A stretch of DNA of 49,274 nt from positions 1 through 49,274 of the forward strand of contig JACMJP010000238.1 in assembly GCA_014380545.1 (NCBI GenBank), in the 5' to 3' direction. Every line of letters begins with the position of its first letter. Positions within the stretch are counted from its first letter, which is position 1. The DNA is from Chitinophagales bacterium. GTDB taxonomy: Bacteria; Bacteroidota; Bacteroidia; Chitinophagales; BACL12. Below are positions 1 to 7,950 of this stretch, one piece after another. The position numbers and the translations under genes are program-made. The notes under the pieces were generated by a model. It did no database searches and was not told where the DNA came from. It was given only the letters and a program-made list of their open reading frames with translations.

Positions 1-357
1 ACTGATAGCATGCAAAAAACAATTGACGAAACAAACCGCAGAAGAGCAAAACAAATTAGTTACAATGCAGAACATAATATTACTCCAACAACAATAATTA
101 AATCAACTGAAGAAATATTTAAACAAACAAGTATTTTAAAAATTAAAAAAGGATATCCGCAACCATATTTCGAAAATGAGGAAATAAGTTTAGTTGCAGA
201 CCCTGTTGTCGCTTATATGAGCAAACCGCAATTAGAAAAAGCAATTGCCGCTACAAAAAAGAAAATGGTGCAGGCAGCTAAAGACATGGAGTTCTTAGAC
301 GCCGCAAAGTTGAGAGACGAGATGTATGCGTTGGAAAAGTTGTTAAAAGAAAAATAA
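1..357 (+). CDS. uvrB: Excinuclease ABC subunit B, C-terminal fragment (5' end lies outside the window)
   Basis: The frame is open from nt 1. RRRAKQISYNAEHNITPTTI and the terminal UVR motif MEFLDAAKLRDEMYALEKLL match the UvrB C-terminus (E. coli RRREKQ..YNEEHGITP, LEFEEAA.IRD). TAA stop at 355-357. Confidence 0.9.
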   Translation, partial: TDSMQKTIDETNRRRAKQISYNAEHNITPTTIIKSTEEIFKQTSILKIKKGYPQPYFENEEISLVADPVVAYMSKPQLEKAIAATKKKMVQAAKDMEFLDAAKLRDEMYALEKLLKEK

Positions 358-371
358 ATTATAATTTATTT
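352..371. repeat. Perfect 20-bp A/T palindrome spanning the stop codons of the convergent uvrB and sulfatase genes
   Basis: aaataaatta/taatttattt equals its own reverse complement. Read directly from the sequence. Confidence 0.6.
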
Positions 372-2891
372 AACCACTTCAAATTGCTCTAAAAATACTG
401 CTCCCTCATTTATTACTTTAATAAAATAATTCCCTGTCGGCAGACTCAGAATATTTAATTCAAATCCATTGCCTTCATATTTAAAATGTTCGCTCAATAC
501 AATCTGACCGAACGTATTTAAAATTTGCACATCTGCGTTTGCTATAGCATAAGGTAAAACAACATTGATTTTATTATATGCAGGATTAGGATAAATTTCC
601 ATCACAACGGGACCTTCTTTAAGGGGCGGTCCTGCAATGGCTACTACCTTATTTAAGGTCACCCTGCAGGTGGGCTTATTGCCATAGTAGGCAGTGTTTT
701 TAATTAAATATGTTCCGGTAGCTGCATAGGAATGTGGTGCAGGTAAAAAGTCTTCAGATGATGCTCCGTCACCATATGCCCAGTTGGTGTTTGTGTAACT
801 TCCTGTAATACTGTAATCAATAATACTAACATCATGTCCTGAGACAGACGTATTATAAGAAATAACAGGAGCATTGGCAGGATTAAAATAATATGTCTTC
901 GTATCAAACCCTGCAAGTTTACCTGTAGCTGTATTTGTAACTTTTAAGTAAAATAGTATTTCACTTTCAGATGCATATGTTGCTGTAGGAATAGTAGCCA
1001 TATTAAAATTATAGTTCCTTCCCATAAACACATCGCTTGTAATATTATTTGTCCATTCAAATGAATAACCGGTTAGGGCAGCCCCCGTTAATAAAATACC
1101 ATTAGATGAATAAACTTTAGGTTTTAATCTCAATATGGCGGAATTATTTAACAAACAAGACACACTAGCAGTTGTAATTTGAACTTTGTTAGCTTTTTGT
1201 AAATAAAGATCTCCATCAGTTAAAAATTCTTTTAAATATTCTTTTACGGGGTCGTAATCAGGGTCGCCTGCAAGATTTTTAAATTCATAGGGATCGGTTT
1301 CCCGGTTCACTCCTATATCATATAACTCTTCCTCCAATATAGATGTAGCAGCGTTACAGGGTGATGTGCCAAGTGAGCTATTATTTGAATGATAATTAAT
1401 ATAATGAAACCTGTCGTCCCTAACTGATATCTGTGGAAAACAACTTCCTTCCTGCATATAGGTATTTTCTTTTGTGGAAATAACCGGGCGTTCCCAAACC
1501 TCTGCAGGGTTTGCCATCACAGATGTTAAACTAATTCCATCCAGATAATCAGAACCGTCAGAAAAAGTAGGATATGGTAAATCTGCCATATCACATAGTG
1601 TTGGAAATATGTCAAGAAAGCTAACGGTTTGATCACATCGTTTTGTCGCAACATTTCTCAGATCAACAATAAAAAAAGGAGCCCTTGTATCTGTTTCCCA
1701 TAAACCAGTTTTCCCCCAATGTTTTTTTTCTCCTAAGCCATAACCATGATCTCCTAAAACAACAATAATTGTATTATTATAAATTTCAGGATGGGTTTCC
1801 AATTCATCCATAAATCTGCCGAAATGATAATCAAGATATTTTATTGAAGCCAGGTATGCTATTACTGCATTTGCCCGCATACTTTCTTTAATAGCATCTT
1901 CTTTTTCTGCTGCAGTAAAGTCTGAATTAATAATTGGGTAAGGCGTAATTGTGCTTTCATAGGTGTTAAATCTTGTATTTACCTGTCCTACAAATGCCTT
2001 TGCCACAAATGGTAATGCTAAAAAATCAGCAAATTCAACTGCAGGTTGCGGAGGCATAATTATTCCATTGGAAGGAGAAGCATTAACGGGAGAATTATAA
2101 GGCAGATCTAAGGGATTTTGATAAATATCTGTCATATAATTGCTATTGAAATAATGTTCAGGAATAAACCAGGTAACATGTGGTTTTTTAATTCCTATGC
2201 CAAGAAAAAATGGTTTGCCGCAGGTAACGTCAGCACCGCTTGCCACCTGATCAATAAATTGAATAGCTGAATCTATCATAACTTTATCCATCATGTATTG
2301 CTCCATGGAGTCGGGCAAACGGCACCATTGAAAATTGCTGAGCCCTTCATTATGTTCTATGCCGTAAGAAAAAATAAAAGATGAGTCCAGATAATAAAAT
2401 GCCTTATTCCAGGACAAACTTTTTTCACAAGGATCAACCGTTGTTACATCATACTCGCTATACTCATCATATCCATGAAAAATCTTATTTAATGAGTAAG
2501 TGTAATAATTTCCTTCATCTTTAAAATAACCAGGGATGGTAAGATACTCAGAATTATTTTTTTCATCAGTAAAATTATTTGTAAATATTGCTTTAAATAA
2601 CCCATTATCATATAACTGGGTATACTTTAAATCTTTGCCCGTTAAAAAACTGGTTCTTGAAGGGGCACATTGCGGAGATGAACAATATGCATTATAAAAT
2701 GTAACGCCTTTTTGTGCAAGTTCATACAAATTCGGGGTTTCCACCTGTGGGTGCCCGTCAAAGCCCTGTACATAGTCATTTAAATCATCTATTGTAACAA
2801 ATACAATGTTGGGCTGTGTTTGAGCCGTAGTGGTACTTACCAAAATGATTGCATAAATAACCGCAGAGAATTTTCTGAGAAGTGTTTTCAT
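366..2891 (-). CDS. Secreted Cys-type sulfatase with a PKD-like domain and a T9SS C-terminal sorting domain
   Basis: Signal peptide MKTLLRKFSAVIYAIILVSTTTAQ. Sulfatase signature SSPQCAPSRTSFLTGK (C-x-P-x-R) plus GDHGYGLGEKKHWGK. PKD-like WAYGDGASSEDFLPAPHSYAATGTYLIK. C-terminal IYPNPAYNKINV...LPTGNYFIKV is typical of the Por/T9SS sorting domain. Confidence 0.85.
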   Translation of the reverse strand: MKTLLRKFSAVIYAIILVSTTTAQTQPNIVFVTIDDLNDYVQGFDGHPQVETPNLYELAQKGVTFYNAYCSSPQCAPSRTSFLTGKDLKYTQLYDNGLFKAIFTNNFTDEKNNSEYLTIPGYFKDEGNYYTYSLNKIFHGYDEYSEYDVTTVDPCEKSLSWNKAFYYLDSSFIFSYGIEHNEGLSNFQWCRLPDSMEQYMMDKVMIDSAIQFIDQVASGADVTCGKPFFLGIGIKKPHVTWFIPEHYFNSNYMTDIYQNPLDLPYNSPVNASPSNGIIMPPQPAVEFADFLALPFVAKAFVGQVNTRFNTYESTITPYPIINSDFTAAEKEDAIKESMRANAVIAYLASIKYLDYHFGRFMDELETHPEIYNNTIIVVLGDHGYGLGEKKHWGKTGLWETDTRAPFFIVDLRNVATKRCDQTVSFLDIFPTLCDMADLPYPTFSDGSDYLDGISLTSVMANPAEVWERPVISTKENTYMQEGSCFPQISVRDDRFHYINYHSNNSSLGTSPCNAATSILEEELYDIGVNRETDPYEFKNLAGDPDYDPVKEYLKEFLTDGDLYLQKANKVQITTASVSCLLNNSAILRLKPKVYSSNGILLTGAALTGYSFEWTNNITSDVFMGRNYNFNMATIPTATYASESEILFYLKVTNTATGKLAGFDTKTYYFNPANAPVISYNTSVSGHDVSIIDYSITGSYTNTNWAYGDGASSEDFLPAPHSYAATGTYLIKNTAYYGNKPTCRVTLNKVVAIAGPPLKEGPVVMEIYPNPAYNKINVVLPYAIANADVQILNTFGQIVLSEHFKYEGNGFELNILSLPTGNYFIKVINEGAVFLEQFEVVK

Positions 2892-2987
2892 AATAATTGA
2901 TTTGGATTATAAAGATTATAAAAATATATTGAAAATACTAATTATTTATATTTTTAACTGTTGCTTTTTCTTCGCTTTATAAATCAG

Positions 2988-2995
2988 TACCTTTG
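2988..2995 (+). promoter_or_regulatory. Candidate Bacteroidota sigma-A -7 box (TAccTTTG) upstream of uvrA
   Basis: Exact match to the TAnnTTTG consensus, 35 nt upstream of the uvrA GTG at 3031, in a 139-nt divergent intergenic region. Confidence 0.45.
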
Positions 2996-3030
2996 CGCAC
3001 ATTTTAAAATCATTTTTTGAGGAATTATTT

Positions 3031-5931
3031 GTGAGTCACAAGAGTATTAAGAATATAACAGAAATACCGGCAATTGCGGAATATGATATCCCTTTTCTTG
3101 AAGTAACAGGCGCCCGGGTTCATAACCTGAAAAATATTGATGTAAGAATTCCGAGAAACAGCCTGGTTGTAATTACGGGTGTGAGTGGCAGTGGGAAAAG
3201 CTCACTGGCATTTGATACCATTTATGCTGAAGGTCAAAGAAGATATATGGAAAGTTTTTCCAGCTATGCACGGCAATTTATCGGAACAATGGAGCGCCCT
3301 GATGTGGATGACATAAAAGGTTTATCGCCGGTAATTTCCATTGAACAAAAAACAACTAATAAAAATCCGAGATCAACTGTCGGCACAATTACAGAGATAT
3401 ATGATTTTATGCGTTTATTATTTGCACGGGCAAGTGATGCATATAGTTATGTTACAGGAGAAAAAATGATCCGTTTTAGCGAGGAACAAATTATTCAAAG
3501 TATCATTCAAAAATTTACAGGAAAAAGAATTGTTTTGTTAGCACCTGTTGTGCGGGGAAGAAAAGGCCATTACCGTGAATTATTTGAGCACATAAGAAAA
3601 CAGGGTTTCGTGAAAGTACGCATTGATGGTGAAATAAAAGATGTATTACCGAAAATGCAGGTGGACAGATACAAAGTGCATGATATTGAAATTGTAATTG
3701 ACCGTTTTAAAGTTGATACTGATGATACATACAGAATTTCCCAGAGTGTTGCCCAGGCATTAAAAACAGGAAAGAGTTTTATTATGGTAATGGATGCAGA
3801 TAAAAATACTGTGTTTAATTACAGCAAAAAATTGATGTGCCTTACTTCAGGCATTTCTTATGAAGAACCATCACCAAATACATTTTCATTTAATTCACCT
3901 TACGGCGCATGTACAAAGTGTAAGGGCCTGGGTGTAGTACATGATGTTGCCTATAAGCGCATGATACCCGATGAAAATAAAACAATTAATAACGGGGGGA
4001 TTTTACCACTCGGTGAATACAGGGAGAATACATTATTTCATGAAGCAAAAAAAATTGCATCAAAATATAAATTTACTTTATCCGCACCAATTAAAACAAT
4101 TCCGCAAAAAGGATTAAATGCAATTTTATATGGTAATGAGACCGGGAACGGAGAAATGAATGATGATGAAATCACTATGAGCAATATTGATCGCTGGTAC
4201 ACATTAGAACATGGGGGTGTTACAGCGTTAATAAAAAGATGTTTCAATGATTCAGTTTCAGAAAATATGCGCAGGTGGGCAGAGGAATTTATGGAGCAAA
4301 CTGTTTGTGATGACTGCAAAGGAACAAGATTAAAAAAAGAATCACTCTATTTTAAAGTTGCTGAAAAAAATATTTCAGAATTAGTGCAGATGGATATTAA
4401 AGATCTTCAAATCTGGTTTGAAGATGTTGAGAAAAAGATGAGCGATAAAAATAAAACTATAGCAAAAGATATTTTAAAGGAGATACGCTCAAGAATAAGT
4501 TTTATAACAAATGTTGGATTAGAATATTTATCACTTGATCGCCCAACTAGAACATTAAGCGGAGGAGAAAGCCAGCGCATTCGTCTTGCAACACAAATTG
4601 GATCGCAGTTAGTGGGTATTACTTATATTTTGGATGAGCCAAGTATTGGATTGCATCAACGGGACAATCACCGGTTAATTGAAGCATTAAAAAAATTACG
4701 GGATACAGGAAATACAATTCTTGTTGTGGAGCATGATAAGGAGATGATGCTTGCGGCAGATCATATAATTGATCTTGGTCCGGGTGCGGGCACACACGGT
4801 GGAAAAATAGTTGCAGAAGGTACACCTGAAAATTTTATGCTGCAACATTCTCTTACTTCAGAATATTTACATCAGGAAAAGAATATTACTGTTCCTAAAG
4901 GAAGAAGAAAAGGAAATAATAAAGAAATTATTTTACAGGGCGCAACAGGAAATAATTTAAAGAACCTTACTGTTCATTTTCCACTCGGTACATTAATTTG
5001 TGTTACAGGAGTTTCCGGAAGCGGTAAATCTACTTTAATTGACAGCACTTTATATCCCCTCATGCAAAATCATTTTTACGACAGCTTGAAAAAACCTTTA
5101 CCTTATAAAAAAATTACGGGACTAGAACATATAGATAAAGTAATTGAGATTGATCAATCCCCAATAGGTAGGACGCCAAGATCAAACCCTGTTACATATA
5201 TTGAAGTATTTTCGGAAATTCGGAATTTATTTTCAATTGTACCGGAATCAAAAATAAGGGGATATAAGCCCGGAAGATTTTCTTTTAATGTAAGAGGAGG
5301 CAGATGCGAAACCTGCGAAGGAGGTGGTATGAAAGTAATTGAAATGAATTTTTTACCGGATGTATATGTGGAATGCGAAACATGCAGAGGAAAAAGATAT
5401 AACCGTGAAACACTTGAAATTTATTATAAAGGAAAAAACATTGCAGATGTTTTAAATATGACTGTTGATCAGGCAACAGAATATTTTGAAAATCATCCAA
5501 GAATATTCAGAAAAATAAAAACCCTGCAGGAAGTTGGATTAGGTTATTTGCGATTGGGACAGCAATCCACAACACTTAGCGGTGGTGAAGCACAAAGAGT
5601 AAAACTTGCAGAAGAACTCAGCAAAAAAGATACAGGCAATACATTTTATATTCTTGATGAACCTACCACCGGTTTACATTTTGAAGATATAAAAGTATTA
5701 ATGGATGTAGTACACAAATTAGTGGAGAAAGGAAATACAGTTTTAATAATAGAACATAATCTTGATGTAATAAAACTTGCAGACTATATCATTGACCTTG
5801 GACCTGAAGGAGGAAAAGGCGGGGGGTATATTATTGTGGAAGGTACACCAGAGGAAATTGCAATCAATGAAACCAGTTTTACAGGGGAATACTTAAAAGA
5901 AGAATTGAAATTAACTGAAGATAATTACTGA
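3031..5931 (+). CDS. uvrA: Excinuclease ABC subunit A
   Basis: 966 aa. GARVHNLKNIDVRIPRNSLVVITGVSGSGKSSLAFDTIYAEGQRRYMESFSSYARQF is nearly identical to the E. coli UvrA N-terminus. Second ABC module GVSGSGKSTL, two LSGGE signatures and Zn-finger CxxC pairs are present. GTG start. Confidence 0.95.
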   Translation: MSHKSIKNITEIPAIAEYDIPFLEVTGARVHNLKNIDVRIPRNSLVVITGVSGSGKSSLAFDTIYAEGQRRYMESFSSYARQFIGTMERPDVDDIKGLSPVISIEQKTTNKNPRSTVGTITEIYDFMRLLFARASDAYSYVTGEKMIRFSEEQIIQSIIQKFTGKRIVLLAPVVRGRKGHYRELFEHIRKQGFVKVRIDGEIKDVLPKMQVDRYKVHDIEIVIDRFKVDTDDTYRISQSVAQALKTGKSFIMVMDADKNTVFNYSKKLMCLTSGISYEEPSPNTFSFNSPYGACTKCKGLGVVHDVAYKRMIPDENKTINNGGILPLGEYRENTLFHEAKKIASKYKFTLSAPIKTIPQKGLNAILYGNETGNGEMNDDEITMSNIDRWYTLEHGGVTALIKRCFNDSVSENMRRWAEEFMEQTVCDDCKGTRLKKESLYFKVAEKNISELVQMDIKDLQIWFEDVEKKMSDKNKTIAKDILKEIRSRISFITNVGLEYLSLDRPTRTLSGGESQRIRLATQIGSQLVGITYILDEPSIGLHQRDNHRLIEALKKLRDTGNTILVVEHDKEMMLAADHIIDLGPGAGTHGGKIVAEGTPENFMLQHSLTSEYLHQEKNITVPKGRRKGNNKEIILQGATGNNLKNLTVHFPLGTLICVTGVSGSGKSTLIDSTLYPLMQNHFYDSLKKPLPYKKITGLEHIDKVIEIDQSPIGRTPRSNPVTYIEVFSEIRNLFSIVPESKIRGYKPGRFSFNVRGGRCETCEGGGMKVIEMNFLPDVYVECETCRGKRYNRETLEIYYKGKNIADVLNMTVDQATEYFENHPRIFRKIKTLQEVGLGYLRLGQQSTTLSGGEAQRVKLAEELSKKDTGNTFYILDEPTTGLHFEDIKVLMDVVHKLVEKGNTVLIIEHNLDVIKLADYIIDLGPEGGKGGGYIIVEGTPEEIAINETSFTGEYLKEELKLTEDNY

Positions 5932-6073
5932 AGTAATTTACATTCAAAATACCATTTCTTATTAGTTAAACAATATAAAATTAGTTTTTAAGGGTCAATT
6001 ATTTATATGAATTTTAATAATTAGCGCTGATGTTTCTTTATAGGTTTAAGCCTTTACTTTTAGAAATAGTATA

Positions 6074-6859
6074 TCAAGACCTTCTTGCCGTCACAAACAA
6101 ATTATTATTTTTGAAAGAAGCCGGAAAAAAATTTAAAATAAAATTTTGTAGTGTTGCCCATGATGAGGTTCTAAATGTTTGTTGATCTCCCAGTAGTTTA
6201 TGGTATGCATTTAAATCTGCAATTGAGGGCTGCGTATCTCTAATAGTTTGTAATAATATTTGATTAAAATTAAAGTGTTTAACAGCAATGAGTAGTTCCT
6301 GCATCGTAAATTCTCTCTGATGATTTCTGAAATTATCAGATGCTTTCAAATATTTCATGATATAGGTCGGGTGTCCTGTTTTCCTGGATACAAATTTCTT
6401 CCACATATCAAATCGCATTACATTAGGAGTGGAAATAAATAATGTTCCGCCGGGTTTGATAAGGCGATGTATTTCTTCCATAAGGGGTTTTATAACTGCA
6501 AGATGTTCAATAACGTCAATCATCAATATGTGATCATATTGTATTTGCAGATCTAATTTGGTTTGATAATTTTTTTCCATCCCAAGTAATTTTGTAATAT
6601 GTAATTCATCTTCACCGGCGTATGGTTCATAGCCTGTAACAATATAACCTAATTCAGTTAGAATATTTACAACAAATGGAAAACCACATCCATAATCAAG
6701 CACTGTATCATGTTGTTTAACGCCTGATGAAGAGATAAACAATTCAGCGCTTGTTTTGTATCGTTTCCAATTTTTAAAAAACATAGCTGCATATAAAGGT
6801 GAATCAAACTTGATTTTTTCGTAAATAGATAGCTTTAACTCATCGGTAACAACAGTCAT
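6074..6859 (-). CDS. Class I SAM-dependent methyltransferase
   Basis: Motif I VLDYGCGFP. IDVIEHL and LIKPGGTLFISTPN are typical of the Methyltransf_11/23 fold. Confidence 0.8.
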   Translation of the reverse strand: MTVVTDELKLSIYEKIKFDSPLYAAMFFKNWKRYKTSAELFISSSGVKQHDTVLDYGCGFPFVVNILTELGYIVTGYEPYAGEDELHITKLLGMEKNYQTKLDLQIQYDHILMIDVIEHLAVIKPLMEEIHRLIKPGGTLFISTPNVMRFDMWKKFVSRKTGHPTYIMKYLKASDNFRNHQREFTMQELLIAVKHFNFNQILLQTIRDTQPSIADLNAYHKLLGDQQTFRTSSWATLQNFILNFFPASFKNNNLFVTARRS

Positions 6860-7020
6860 ATCTCTTTTATTTAATTAATTATAAGCGGTAATTCGTTTTC
6901 ACATGTAAAACTACATGTTTAACCCAAATTTGGTTAACAGAATAAATGCACCTAAAATTGATCATGAATTCAATAAACTCATAATTATTTCCAATAACAA
7001 AGAAGTAATTTCACACTCTG

Positions 7021-7749
7021 ATGATAACCGTAATCAAAAATATATTAAAAAGCTTAGGAGTTAATAAACTGAGAAAAAGCTTCCGTTTAAAATATGTGAA
7101 GTTCACCCGTGAACGTAAGAATTTTAGAGTGAACAAGCATATAAAATGGTTCGGCGAACTATGGTGTGGTTTTTTTGTTGATACCCGGTTGATTGACAGG
7201 AATACGGTCGTACTATCATTTGGCGTCGGTACTGACATCACCTTCGATTTGGGGTTATATAACAAAGGTGTAAGAAATATTTATTTATTCGATCCCTCAT
7301 CTATATCAAAAAAATATATTCAAAAAATCAAGTTGCCGGCCTCATTTTCATTTTATGCATTTGGTCTATCCGATGAGGATAAAACAGTTTCGTTCTTTAT
7401 GCCTAAAGATGAAAACAAAGTATCAGGAAGCTCATATCAACATCAACATCTGGATGAGCATCAACCTGTAAAAGTGGAAATGAAAAAACTATCTACTACT
7501 ATGAATATGCTCAACATTTCGCATATCGACATCTTAAAAATAGATATTGAAGGCAGTGAGTTTGATGTGATAAAAAATATGATGGAAGAAAAAATATACC
7601 CCATGCAAATATGTGTTGAATACCATTCCAGATATTTTGAAGACGGGCAACAAAAATTGAAAGACTCAATTAATCTTCTACTGTCTCATCAATATGAATT
7701 ATGTGCTCAGACGAACGGTGAGGAGTATTTGTTTTGTTATAAAAACTAA
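7021..7749 (+). CDS. FkbM-family methyltransferase
   Basis: VVLSFGVGTDITFD and the diagnostic DILKIDIEGSEFDVI motif of the FkbM/Methyltransf_21 family. Confidence 0.75.
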   Translation: MITVIKNILKSLGVNKLRKSFRLKYVKFTRERKNFRVNKHIKWFGELWCGFFVDTRLIDRNTVVLSFGVGTDITFDLGLYNKGVRNIYLFDPSSISKKYIQKIKLPASFSFYAFGLSDEDKTVSFFMPKDENKVSGSSYQHQHLDEHQPVKVEMKKLSTTMNMLNISHIDILKIDIEGSEFDVIKNMMEEKIYPMQICVEYHSRYFEDGQQKLKDSINLLLSHQYELCAQTNGEEYLFCYKN

Positions 7750-7950
7750 TTTTCCTGTTATGATATAAGTATCCTCCATTCTTATTGTTCTTGGTTCTAA
7801 AAACCATATCTCAATCGGGCGTTTTTTTAATTAATTTCTCCTTAGATAGGAAAAGAAGTATTAAAAGGTGCGGGGGAATTATTGAAACATGTGCACGGGA
7901 AGAAATTGAGCTCAATAAAAATAAGCTTTAGTTATTATTTAAAACCAGAA

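Noticed and set aside
7011-7265. 84-aa minus-strand ORF overlapping the start of the FkbM methyltransferase gene.
   Set aside because: It overlaps a motif-supported + strand gene and the divergent promoter region. The translation has no recognisable features.
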